Below are positions 41,311 through 53,519 of a DNA stretch of 64,000 nt, one piece after another. The translations under genes were made by a program, and so were the position numbers. How positions within the stretch are numbered: position 1 is the first letter of the stretch; each line of letters opens with the position of its first letter. A model generated the notes under the pieces. It did no database searches and was not told the DNA's origin. It worked only from the letters and a program-made list of their open reading frames with translations. The stretch covers positions 17,360,001-17,424,000 of the forward strand of contig OZ024759.1 in assembly GCA_964016885.1 (NCBI GenBank), in the 5' to 3' direction. The stretch comes from Eledone cirrhosa (taxonomy: Eukaryota).

Positions 41311-43639
41311 ACTATTTCTATAGAACCCTCTGCGCAGTGTATGTTTATGTATATTGTTTACCTCAGTCATTGGCAAACTGTAGCCCATCACCTGTTTGGC
41401 TTTCTGAATGGCACGCCTAATTTCAAAATTGCTTTGAATTTGTTAAGTAGTGTGGCCTGACTTAAGAAGTACATCCCATGCAGCCTACTGCTCAAAAAAG
41501 ATCCTCCGTGCCTGGTATATGTCTTGCAATTAGTGGATGTGTAGTGTGACCCCTGAGGATGATGTCAGCTCAACTGAACTCCTGAAAAGACTGTTGATAG
41601 ATGACCTCGAGGGTGTGCTTCACACGAGCCACATGGTAAGGCCATGTCGATCGTAGTGAAGGCTGGATCAGCAAAATAATGAACGTCAATTCAGGAGGCA
41701 GGGGAGGCCCAAGAAGACCAGAAAGGATTTGAGTGGAGGATGTCCATCAGGATCAAGCTAGGCTTAGCCTGGCTAGTGAGACTGGCAGACAGAAACACAT
41801 GGGCGCTGTCAGCTAAGATCCATGCCTACTTAGGGATTGTGACCTGCATAATAAAAAAAAAAACTGGATGATGATGATGATGAAATAAAATAAGAACTAG
41901 ACTAGAAAAATAAGTATTGGGGCCATGCCATGGACATTGAAAGGGCCCTCCCTAAGCTTCTTTTCTCCTATGGTCATAATATTGATTTCTAATTTAGGCC
42001 CGTGGCCAGTAATTTTTTTGATGGGGTGGGATGGAGGTGGGGCAAAATTGATTATATTAACCCCAGTACTTATTTTATTGATTATGGAAGGACGAAATGC
42101 AAAGTTAACCTCAGCAGGATTTGAACTCAGAACATTAGGGGCTATAACTAGATGCTGCAAAGTATTTTTGTCCAATTCTTAGTCGATTCTGCCAAATTAC
42201 TGCCCTCTTTGATGATAATAATTGTTTCTACTTTTGGCACAAGGCCAGCAATTATCCCAGTGCATTACTGGTACTTTATTTTATCAACCTCGTAAGAATG
42301 AAAGGCAAAGTTAACCTTGGTGGGATTTGAACTCAGACTGTAAAGGGCCGTAACTCTGCTGCAAAGCATGGCGTCTGGCCCTCTACCGATACTGCCAATC
42401 CACCTCCTATTTTCATAATAATAATAATTGTTTCTACTTTTGGCACAAGGCTAGCAATTACCCAGTGCATTACTGGTACTTTATTTTTATCGACCCCGTA
42501 AGGATGAAAGGCAAAGTTGACCTCGGCGGGATTTGAACTCAGAATGGAAAGGGCCGTAACTCTATGCCATAAAGCATGTTGTCCAACGCTCTACCGATAC
42601 TGCCAATAATAATAATAATGATTTCTTTATTGGCCACTAGGGCCCTATTAATAATAAGGATAATAAATGATTGTTATAATGATAATTATACTGCATGATG
42701 GCAACAATGATTATCTTAAATGCCAATAATGATAATTAAATCACTGACACACTAGCTGTGTGTTATTTTTGTTTTTGATACTACAGTGTAGATTTTAGCT
42801 ATCACTGAATGTGTAAAGTAATCAAGGTTATATTTATATGTTGGACAGTCTCATCATCATCGTTTAAAGTCTGTCTTCCATTGCTAGCATGGGTTAGACA
42901 GGTGTGTCCCACTTGAGGCAAGTTTGGTCGGGTGACCGTGTCTTGCTTGTATAGCACCGTTTCTAGTTGGTTTTCTACACTTGGATGCCCTTCCTAACGC
43001 CAACCACATTTGCAGAGTGTGCTGGGTGCTTTTTTTTTACCGTGTCTCCTACATGACCACTTTACAGTGTGGGCTGGATGTTTTGTGGTACCAACATAAC
43101 TTTACAGAGTAAAGGTAGTGTGGGCAGAAGTAGGGGGTAGGTGTAAGGGGTGTGGGGTGTATATTGGATTAAGAGGTGCTTACTACACCTGATGTCCTCC
43201 CTCCATACACACGCATACATGTATTTCATGACTCGAACGCTGTTCATTTTCCTGACATTTGTACATTACTCTATGTACTATACATGCACTTTTGATGAGT
43301 TGTAGTGCACCTGAGCACTGTACACAATAATATCATTATATTATTATTATTACTGAGTGTAGGTTTAAGTTTGTACGCAAGGGAAGGTGGCTCTTCTGTA
43401 TTACTGCATTGCGCCAAACATCTTGATCATGTGTCATTGTCTTAAATAAAGGCCATCCCTTTATTTATACAACTAATGTGAATAGGGAAAAGAAATTTAC
43501 AGGGCTATAATTTCAAACATCATTACACTCTTTTCAGAAACCACTTATCCTGCTCATAATTGAACACAAGTTATGTTCAACTTTTAGCATCCTTGTAAAG
43601 AGACATTCAGAAATTTTGTGAAATTTGAGAATAAAGTCA

Positions 43640-43990
43640 CTACCATATTTAAGCCCCTAGCAGTGGAGACTTCTGTTGTCCTTGGCCCCAGGGCCATCTC
43701 CCTACTCACCACCAAAGGTGCAGAACTGGCTAGCCGCAATTGTGAGCCTCGCAAGCTGGAATGCCTCTTCCAACGCATCTCCCTTACCATCCTCCGGGGG
43801 AAACATCTTCTCTATTCTGTCTACCGGGGCCGTAGGGCAGCCAGCGTGTAGGACCCCATTTGCTTGTAATAGTGAGAAATGGGGAGGGCGAGAGAGAACG
43901 AGGCAATGACAGTGGGAGTTTGGTTCCTCTGTGTTCGGACCTGGGGTACATGCGTGTGTATGCTATTTGTGAAAATAGAATTGTGCAAAG
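43640..43990 (+). mobile_element. CRE-like (RLE-endonuclease) non-LTR retroelement 3' end
   Basis: FKPLAVETSVVLGPRA...LFQRISLTILRG, typical CRE-clade C-terminus; 3'UTR piece recurs at ~18750-18860. Confidence 0.65.
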
Positions 43991-44316
43991 AAAGTTTCAT
44001 TCATCATTACACACTTTTCAGAAACCACTTACCCTGCCCATAACTGACCGCTGTGAAGTTATTTTCAACTTTTAGCATCCCTGTAAACAGAGACACATTC
44101 AGAAATTTGGTGAAATTTGAGAATATAGTCACCACAATTGTTGAATAATTTATATCTATATTGAAATCGTTGAATGTAAATTGTATGGGAAGTTGAAATT
44201 TATAGAAGTTCCTATTCAACAATGTCTCTTTTGTTAAGTAGGTAAGACCTAACCTATTATTTATGGTCAGAACATAATATGCAATACACAAACTGAAACA
44301 CACTCACATACACACA

Positions 44317-45247
44317 TATCATCATCATCATCATCGTTTAACGTCCATCTTCCACGCTAGCATGGGTCTGGACGGGAATTGTCCCACTTGAGGCAAGATT
44401 GGTTGTCTTGCTCAGGACTGTCTGGCGGGTTTTATACGGCTAGATGCCCTTCCTAACACCAACCACCTTTACAGTGTGGACTGGGAGGTTTTTACCGTGT
44501 TACCTACACGGCCACATTACAGCGTGGACTGTGTTTTTTTTTGTCGTGACACCTACACGACCTCATTTGTTTCGGACTGGATGTTGTGGCACCAACATAA
44601 CTTTACATTGAAAGGGGCAGTGTGGATGGAGTGGGGGTGGTGGGACGTTAGAGGTGCCTACTGACTGTAGGTTTCGCTTTGTACTTAGGCAAGGCGGGTC
44701 TTCTGTATAACTGTGTAGCGCCAAAGATCTCGGTCCAGTGACATTGTCTTGGAGAGGTGTAAGTGTGTGAGGTCGGAATTTATCAAGTCGTCACAGGTTT
44801 TTCTGGGTCTGCCTACTCCGTGGCTACCGTCTATTTTTATCGCCCTGCACTCTTTTATACACCTGTCGTATTTCATGCGCATCACGTGACCGTACCAACG
44901 TAGTCTTCTCTCGAGTACACAACATCTGATCCCTCTTATTCCTAATTTCTCCCTTAGTTCGTTTATGCTTTGCCATTCACATATATTACTATTACACATC
45001 CAGCGGAGCATGCAAGCTTTGTTTCTCTCCAGTCTGCGTATATCCTCTGCACACAATGCCCAGGTCTCACTGCCATGTAACATTGCTGTTCGTATGCAGG
45101 CATCATACAGCCTGCCTTTCATTTTTAGAGAGAACCCTTTAGCGGCCAATAGTGGTATAAGCTCTCTGAACTTTTTCCATCCCGTTCTGACTCTAGCTAC
45201 TGTACTTTCAGAGCACTCTCCCCCACTGCTGATTTTGTCACCCAGGT
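44317..45247 (-). mobile_element. RTE-clade LINE, 5'-truncated (ORF C-terminus, 3'UTR, (GAT)n tail)
   Basis: ORF 44685-45149 with [32 protein letters not shown]; tail GGACGTTAAACGATGATGATG. Confidence 0.88.
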
Positions 45248-45331
45248 ACTATTTCTATAGAACCATCTGTGCAATGGAATGAGTTAGTATTCTGTGGGCA
45301 CTTGCTGCTACTTATTGCACCATATATATAT

Positions 45332-45364
<33 letters not shown>

Positions 45365-45691
45365 TGCATATACATATATATATACACAGATATATACACA
45401 GACACACTTACACAAATACATACACATATATATATACACACACACATACACATATAATACATATATACACACATATACACATGTACATATATATATATAT
45501 ATATACACACATCCATACATACACACACATGCATATATATACATATATATAACCAAAGATTAATATGGTTCATTGATTATTCAACGAATACAATTTTACA
45601 ATAGGTTAGAAGCACTCAACAGGAATTTTTCTGGAGTATTTAATATTATTCAAAATATTAATAAATGAAAAATATTCTCATAACCAAAATA

Positions 45692-45758
45692 TATATTTTA
45701 TTATACATATTTCAAAGGTACAATGGTGTTCAAGTATGTTTTCACCAGATAAAATATA
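45692..45758 (-). ncRNA. Degenerate hammerhead (CTGGTGA core), same family as the 52.2 kb element
   Basis: TATATTTTAT-CTGGTGA-...-GAAATATGTATA-ATAAAATATA; stem I intact, core mutated. Confidence 0.45.
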
Positions 45759-46399
45759 TGAGATTGGAAATATGTATAATAAATATATATTTTGGTTATG
45801 AGAATATTTTTCATTTATTAATATTTTGAATATATATATACAAAAGAAAAAAATTCAGGATACTGAGTTTCTTTCCATTTTTTAAGTAGAGCTGTATCTT
45901 TGTGATAAATGATTATTACACTGACATTAATCATTATTGCCATGGATACTGTTGAAAAGAAATATGAAAACATAAATTATGTGTTAAATAAACTATGGAA
46001 TGATTAATTACTAAGTAATTGAAGACATGTCTTTAAAAAAATTACGGTATAGCATAGAAAACATTTTTTAAATCAAATATTGGATGATACATACGGAATA
46101 AATAATTTCTGAACTAAAAAAACAAGCAGGAGATAGAAGAAAAAATATAGGAAACAAAAGAAGCCATAAGTGATAAATGTAAGATACGATGAGGCTAAAT
46201 TCCACCAAGCTGTACATACCATCCATTACGTCTTGCCCAGAGCTCAGCTAATGCCCAAAGACGCTGTCTACTTTCTTGGCTTTCCAATTCTCTTAAAAGC
46301 CATACACGAGTGCTTGGAGACCAAGCATGTAGACCTGTTGCGGATGACGGAATGCTTGCGTCTCATTTATGTACACCCATCGTTCTTACACCTGAGGAA

Positions 46400-47540
46400 C
46401 TGCTTCACATTTTCTAAATTCTTGTTCACAATGTGCAGTGTGCTTTGTCTCCCTTTCACAGATTGCCTCGGTGAACTCGATGCCACCATCTGACTCTATG
46501 CAGAACTCCTCTGCAATGTAAGTTTCAACAGTGCCAGCTGGCAACAGTTGAAGCTCCTCATGAGGTTCGGTGGCCTCAGCCTCTGATCTGCATCACATCT
46601 GACACTGCCAGCTTACCTCTCCTCAATCTCCTCCGGTGAGGTCCTCAGCATGACTGCAGAACCTGACATGACCCAAGCACTGGAGCAGACTCTGGCAGAC
46701 TGGACTAGTGAAGGTCTTTCCATCCCCTAGTATACAAATGTCCAATTTAACTGAGACAACATCAAGTACCAGTCTTCCTGTCTTCCTTCAAGTGGATCAA
46801 GTCCCGCTTGGAACAACGTTGCCTCACCTGCCTCCGTTTTGCTTTGTAGCCAAACAGCTGTGTGTGGATCAATTTGGAGCACTCTTCATCAACCTGTATC
46901 CTTCTTGATGATGAGTGCACCCACATCAGAGTTGCCCAATGCCTTGGCCTCCACATATGTGAGCCATACAAATGCCGTTGTGGTGTTGTCGTTGACGAAT
47001 TTGTCCAGCACCCGTTATCATGACGCTAGAGCGTAGGCAGGATCCCATGACATGCTGCTTTGAACAATATGAGGAGACTAGATAGCCTAGATGCAGCAGA
47101 CTTCCCATCACAATTTGAGCTAGTAGGCCTTGACTGTGGAGATGGCAAGCACCCTAATGGAATTCCTCTTCCCATTTGAGGAAGAGAAATCCTTTATCTG
47201 GGATGCAACTTGCTACAACATGTTCTCTGCCTCCAACTTAGTCACTTCAGCCATAAACCCCGGTACCACAGTCCACAATGCAGAGGACAGGAAATAAGCA
47301 AATATCGAGGCTTGTCCAGTTGCTTCCTTTTTGCACCAGTTGCCATTGAAGCCAGTCCTCCTTAGACCCTGTACAGCTGACCTCCTTCATAAAATTGGAA
47401 TGATAGCAGCCCGTCAGAGGAAGGAATGCCCCAAGATAAGATGGCTGTTGCAGTAGGTGTCGCTGGCCATTGTCCATGCAATGCCTTTGCCATTTTGTCT
47501 GCGGGACCAGCCAAAACACCATTCCGACTTTGTGTAGAGT
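46400..47540 (+). mobile_element. Decayed CRE-like non-LTR retroelement
   Basis: WQQLKLLMRFGGLSL..A...LPAYLSS, IWDATC, VPVAIE, WLLQ.VSLAIV remnants with stops and frameshifts. Confidence 0.6.
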
Positions 47541-47960
47541 CTGTCACCCTCCTCCTTTCTTTCATTGCTTAACAATCCTAGCCTTTTCCCTCCTTTTTTT
47601 CTCAATTAAGCACTCAACATCATGTGTTTTCTTCCAAATGTAATTTTTATCATTTCATAGTGGAGTGTACAAAATAATTAAAATCAGTCCGTTAATTCAA
47701 GTGTTTGTAGCATCTTTATTAGTGGACAGATCATTGTGAAAATTTGTAGTATTAGGTTGATGCAAAATTGTTTCTACTTTTGGCACAAGGCCAGCAATTG
47801 TCCTAATGCATTACTGGTGCTTTATTTTATCGACCCATATAAGGAGGTCAGCACTTCCAACTTAGTACTAATTTGGTCTGTGAGGACTCGTCCAGCCCTT
47901 ACTATCAGGGAAAACTGACATTAAATGATAATAATGAATCTATTTTCTGATGTTTTTTAG

Positions 47961-48038
47961 GTAATTTTTTCCCACCTGTGACTGCAATTTGCATTGGGAC
48001 TGTTCATGGTGTTGTTGGAAAAGTAAAAGCTCACACAG
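47961..48038 (+). CDS. INPP5F: SAC2 exon 2 (GNFFPPVTAICIGTVHGVVGKVKAHT)
   Basis: Resembles ICLGLVEGVIGKIQLHS; ttttttag/gtatgt; 78 nt, phase 1-1 in frame with exons 1 and 3. Confidence 0.85.
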
Positions 48039-49155
48039 GTATGTCATATTTTTCTTAATCTTTATAGCACCCAGTTCATTCTGTAAAGCAACAGAGCTGG
48101 TGCCATGATAAAATGCATCCAGTATTCTCTGTAACATGGTTGGTATTAGGAAGAGCATCCAACTGTAGAAACCTTGCCGAGCAAAGTGTATCAAGTGCAT
48201 GACAACTTTCCTTGTGCTGGTGCCATGGTAAAATGATTCCAGTAGACTCTGTAAAGGGTATCCAACCCTAGAAACCATGTCTAACAAAGGGGTGAGAGGA
48301 TGTTTCAGTTGCCAAGGACATTACAACTTTCCTTGTGCTGGTACCATGTTAAAATGATTCCAGCACACTCTATAAAGGGTATCCAACCCTAGAAACCATG
48401 CCTAACAAAGGGGTGAGAGGACTTTTCAGTTGCCAAGGACATTACAACTTTCCTTGTGCTGGTACCATGTTAAAATGATTCCAGTACACTTTGTAAAGTG
48501 TTTGGTGATTGGAAGGGCAACCAGCTGTAGAAACCATGCCCAAACTGGAATGCATGTAAGAGAGACTTAACTCCTGACCTGAGAGGGAGGACAGTAGCTT
48601 TGATTAAGTACTAATTTGTCCAATCCATGCCAGCATAGAAAAAAAAAAGATGTTAACCCTTTAGCATTTAGATTACTCTCTATTTACTATTATATTTTTC
48701 ACAGTAAACACTTTACCTCCTAATATCGAATCTACAAGATTTTGGTATTATTTATTTTTAGAACAATACCTTAACATAAGTATGAGCAGCCAGTTACAGC
48801 TGGTCTGAAGAGATAAAGGTGGGAGAATTCTGGCTGGATATGGCTGGTTTAAATGCTGAAGGGTTAAATGATGATGATGATGATGATGTTTGTGTTGTAA
48901 TATTTCTCACATAGAGCAGTGGATTGGCAGTATTGGTAGAGGGTCAGATGCTATGCTTTGCAGCATAGTTACGGCCCTTTACGGTCTGAGTTCAAATCCT
49001 GCTGAGGTTAACTTTGCCTTTCATCCTTACTAGGTTGATAAATAAAGCACCAGTAATGCACTAGGGTTGATTTAATTGATTTTCCCCTCCCCTTCAAATT
49101 GTTGACCTTGTGCCAGAAACAATTATTATTTTTTGTTTGTATTTTTATTAACCAG

Positions 49156-49292
49156 ATTCAGAATGGAAGTTGATTTTGATCAAAAGTCAAAACCCTGTTG
49201 GTCAAATTCTTGAGACTCATGACATCTACCAGATCAATAAAGTTGCCATCCTCAGTTTATCTGGGCTAGAACCAACAGAACTAGGACTGTCG
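49156..49292 (+). CDS. INPP5F: SAC2 exon 3 (DSEWKLILIKSQNPVGQILETHDIYQINKVAILSLSGLEPTELGLS)
   Basis: Resembles DLPWWLILIRQKALVG...KIAVLSLSEMEPQDLEL; accag/gtaagt; 137 nt. Confidence 0.88.
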
Positions 49293-50542
49293 GTAAGTCT
49301 GTCTACCTTTTGATATCTTCTTGTCTCATTAATTTTAATTGTAACTTGTACAAGGTTGCTTGCTTAGTTCTTTGAGGACACGTCTTTTAATAGCTGTGTT
49401 TTTTCTAACTTGTTTTCAAAGAACTGGGCAACTCTGTGCATTAGTTATTGTTTTATAGGTGGAACAAGTAATATTTGTCACACACTCTGTGATCCCCTTA
49501 ATGGCTATCTGTTCTCATTTGTATCTCCTCTTCTTTTTGGTCTTAATCTACTAATCCATTTTGTCTTATTTTAAGACTTGAAAGAAGAGGAAGCACAAAA
49601 TAGCACAGATAGTCATTGAGGTCACAGAATATGTGATGAAAGAAATTTGATGAACTAACGAATAACTAGTAATAAAGATAAAGATATATTTGGTTTCTTA
49701 TCAAACTGTGTCTGGCATGTTTTAGCTCTACCTCCCAACTCCATAACATTGCATAGCTTAACTCTTTAGCATTTACATTACTTTATATTTACTATTGTAT
49801 TTTCATGGTAAAGGCTTTACCTCACATAAGTATCTCACATAACATTTACATTACTCTATATTTACTATTGTATTTTCACGCGAAAGGCTTTATCTCACAT
49901 AATTATCGCCCATAATGTCAAAGCAATGAGATTTTGATGTTATTTATTTTGAGAACAATACCTTAATATCAGTATGAGTGGCCGGTTACAGCCAATTTGA
50001 ACAGAAAGAGGTGAGAGAATTCTGGCCGGATATGGCCAGTTTAAATGTTAAAGGGTTAACATGTATCCTCACTATCAACTGGTACTCCGCTGGAGAATGA
50101 TTGTCAATGCATCTGTGTTTCCCTGAGGTATGGCCTCCTAATCTACAAGCACAAATGTTGCTGTGGACCTTCTGTGGACGCTTTTAGCCTCCACCCACTG
50201 TCATGTCATCCCGGTTCCAGTCATCTTCCATGCTATGTCGCTCTCAATGAGATTATTAAACATGGCTTTAATGCAGCTGGTTTTTCCTTGCAGCTTGAGC
50301 TGGTGGATTTGACTGAGAGGATGGCAGAAGGGCAGATTGCATCACAATCTTCCTGTTCCATGGTGGTAAGCTCATCTGGAATGTGATGTACTGTGACACT
50401 TTCTCCAACAACAACCTGGTGAATTCGGTGATAGACTCAGGTTCCATTAGCCGATAAGTTAAAGATCACAAGTTGTTGAAATATCAGCTCTTTTCCTATA
50501 AGTTTCAGGGTGAACCGGTACTGGTGTAAACTTCTAGTCTTG

Positions 50543-50760
50543 TGAAGGTACATAGCTAAGTGGTTAGAGCATTGGGCTTGCAATGGGGATGTTGTGTGTT
50601 TGATTCTCAAACTGGGTGATGCATTGTCTTTGAGCAAGACACTTTATTTCACATTGCTCCAGTTTACTCAGAAATGAGTTGGAATGTCACTGGTGCCAAG
50701 CTGTATCGACCATTGCATTTCCCTTGGACAACATCGGTGGCACGGATGTTTATGCAGGTG
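50543..50760 (+). mobile_element. tRNA-derived SINE family 2, representative
   Basis: AGTGGTTAGAGCATTGG head and CTTGAGCAAGACACTTTATTTCACATTGCTCCAG body; copies near 5110, 9669, 11895, 19420, 21640, 34790, 52640, 62035. Confidence 0.7.
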
Positions 50761-51894
50761 TGAGGAGCCACATATATTCTTGCCATTAGAAAAAAAGCAA
50801 AAATGAATACTTCACCTTCGAAAGAGGGATGACTCAAAAAGAAGTGTGTTTTTTTGTCCCTGAGCAACTTTCATACTCATTATTACTGGGACATTTCAGT
50901 GCATCTCCTTTGCTATCCTCTAGACCAAGTTTTTCAAAGTGGGCACTTCTGCCCCCCAAGGGGAGTTGAGAAGATCCAGGGGGTTGCTGAGGCCTAAGAG
51001 GATAGTAGTGATGATAGAATAGTATATTAAATATCAAATGATACATATTATATATAAATATAGTAAAATAAAAAATATATATTTATTTATTTATTTATAC
51101 ATAGTATATATTATAGTATATATTATAGTATTTATTATATAAGGTGGTGGATTGGCATTATTGGTAGAGGTTCGGACGCCATGCTTTGCAGCACAGTTAC
51201 GTCCCTTTACGGACTGAGTTCAAATCCCGCTGAGGTTAACTTTGCCTTTCATTCTTACAGGGTCGATAAAATAAAGTACCAGTAATGTACTGAGTAATTG
51301 CTGGCCTTGTGCCAAAAGTAGAAACAATTATTTATTATATATAAATTAATGATTTTATTTATATATTATTTACAATTTGTGTGGAGGTAGGTCTCTGTGG
51401 AAATAGGGTTGGAAGGTGTGTGTGTGTTGGGGGGGGGGCGCTGAGGGTATTACATGGCTGTGACGTGGGCGGTGGCCCCAAAAAGTTTGAGAATCTCTGC
51501 TCTAGGGAAACGCTGTCTCCATTCTGTCCACCGTGACCATGCAGCAGCTTATACATGGGGTTCTGTACATCAATACTGTTTGGTCTTGTATCATTGAGTG
51601 AGGTAGCATTGGTGTAGGTTGCTAATATCTATGACAGTTGTCAACAAAGCAAACACTTATATATTACCCTGATTTGTAAGGATTTGTTCTAGATTAATAT
51701 AAAGCTACTGAGAGAAACAGAAAGATAGAAAAAAAGTGAGATGTAGAGTAATAGGATATAAAAGAAATATACTATATATATATATTTATATATATATACA
51801 CACACACACACAGTTAAATATCACTCTCTTTAATATATATACTTTATATATATATATATAATTTAATTATGTAATAAACAACATCAGACAATTA

Positions 51895-51965
51895 TTCCAT
51901 TTAGCAAAGGTTTCACGAAAGCAGACGAGCTCAAGAGACGTCTGAAATCGCTCATCAGAATGAAA
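51895..51965 (-). ncRNA. Type I hammerhead ribozyme, family A (stem III mismatch)
   Basis: TTTCATT-CTGATGA-GCGA..CAGACG/CGTCTG..TCGT-GAAAC CTTTG CTA-AATGGAA. Confidence 0.6.
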
Positions 51966-52058
51966 ATTTATTACATAATTAAATAGCTCTGTAGCATACA
52001 TAGAGCACTCTCGCTTCCTTTACTCTTCCTACGGAAATACTTCATATATATATATATT

Positions 52059-52097
<39 letters not shown>

Positions 52098-52104
52098 ATA
52101 TACA

Positions 52105-52135
<31 letters not shown>

Positions 52136-52173
52136 ATATTAATAAATGGAAACTATATTTTTAAAACCATAAT

Positions 52174-52238
52174 TATTTTATTATATATATTTCAAGGGCT
52201 ACCAAGGCAGTCTTGGTGCGCTTTCATCAGATAAAATA
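52174..52238 (-). ncRNA. Minimal type I hammerhead ribozyme (mirror copy)
   Basis: Reverse-complement copy of 52338-52402 with intact CTGATGA/GAAA core. Confidence 0.72.
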
Positions 52239-52337
52239 CAAGATTTGTTTTATAAATATTGACATAACCGTGGAAAAACAACCTTGACGGTTGAAAGTTC
52301 GCTGTTGAAAGTTTGTTTGTTTATAAAACAAATCTTA

Positions 52338-52402
52338 TATTTTATCTGATGAAAGCACACCAAGACTGCCTTGGTAGCCCTTGAAATATATATAATAAAA
52401 TA
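52338..52402 (+). ncRNA. Minimal type I hammerhead ribozyme
   Basis: TATTTTAT-CTGATGA-stem II (AAG..ACCAAG/CTTGGT..CTT)-GAAA-TATATA-TA-ATAAAATA; 8 bp perfect stem I. Confidence 0.75.
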
Positions 52403-52774
52403 ATTATGGTTTTATAAATATAGTTTCCATTTATTAATATATTGAATATTTACTCCAGATTCTGTTGAGTGCTTTATATCAGTTATAAACTTTTAAGCTT
52501 GTTGGAATCCCACAAATTAAATATATGTATATATATATATAGGAGACGATCGACTTTCGTCAAATCGGACCGAGGGAACAATGTTTCCGTTGGTCTTTCC
52601 AATTGCTAATACTATCTATCGGTCGCAACTCCAGGTAGAAGGAGCAACGTGAAATAAAGTGTCTTGCTCAAGGACATAACGCATCGCCTGGTCCAGGAAT
52701 CGAACTCACAACCTTACGATTGCGAATCCAATTCTCTAACCACTCAGCCACACGCCTTCACAAATATAAAAAGC

Positions 52775-53270
52775 TGGGACGATTTGATAAATTCCGACCT
52801 TACACACTTACACCTCTCCAAGACAATGCCACTGGACCGAGATCTTTGGTGCTACACAGTAATACAGAAGACCCGCCTTGCCTAAGTACAAAGCGAAACC
52901 TACAGTCAGTAGGCACCTCCAAACCAAAAAGACACCCCCATCCCACTACCCCTACCCCCACCCCCATCTACACCACCCCTTTCTCTGTAAAGTTATGTTG
53001 GTGCCACAACATCCAGTCCTAAATAGGAGGTTGTGTAGGTGTCATGACAAAAAACACACAGTCCATGCTGTAATGTGGCCGTGTCGGTAACATGGTAAAA
53101 ATCTCCCAGTCCACACTGTAAACGTGGTTGGTGTTAGGAAGGGCATCCAGCCATAGAAAACCCGCCAGGCAATCCTATACGAGCAAGACAACCAATCCTG
53201 TCTTACGTGGGACAATTCCTGTCAAAACCCATGCTAGCATGGAAGCTAGACATTAAACGATGATGATGAT
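52775..53270 (+). mobile_element. RTE LINE 3' end
   Basis: WDDLINSDLTHLHLSKTMPLDRDLW...KTRLA plus 3'UTR and (GAT)n tail. Confidence 0.8.
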
Positions 53271-53281
53271 TATATATATAT

Positions 53282-53479
53282 TAGAAAAAGAAGCTTTTGC
53301 ACTATTTTTGACTAAAGAAATTTTAGCACCTGATGGTGGGGTTTTAAAACCCTCTAAAAATGGAAAAAGATGAGTATTGACGTCAATATTCATCCTTTTC
53401 TATTTTTAGAGGGTTTTAAAATCCCACAATCAGGCTAAAATTTCTTTAGTCAAAAATATGGCGAAAGCTTCTATTTCTA
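53282..53479. repeat. ~200 bp palindrome centred on TATTGACGTCAATA
   Basis: Arms reverse-complementary; homologous to 57864-58073. Confidence 0.88.
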
Positions 53480-53519
53480 CTAAATTTCAAACACTGTTTA
53501 AAAAAAAACTTTTTACTTA

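Larger units (their letters stand above)
52132..52444. repeat. Fold-back inverted repeat (~125 bp arms, ~63 bp spacer) in (TA)n
   Basis: 52132-52256 is the near-perfect reverse complement of 52320-52444. Confidence 0.9.

Noticed and set aside
46170-46493. 107 aa ORF as an independent gene
   Set aside because: Its 3' part overlaps the decayed CRE-like element; no splice or homology support
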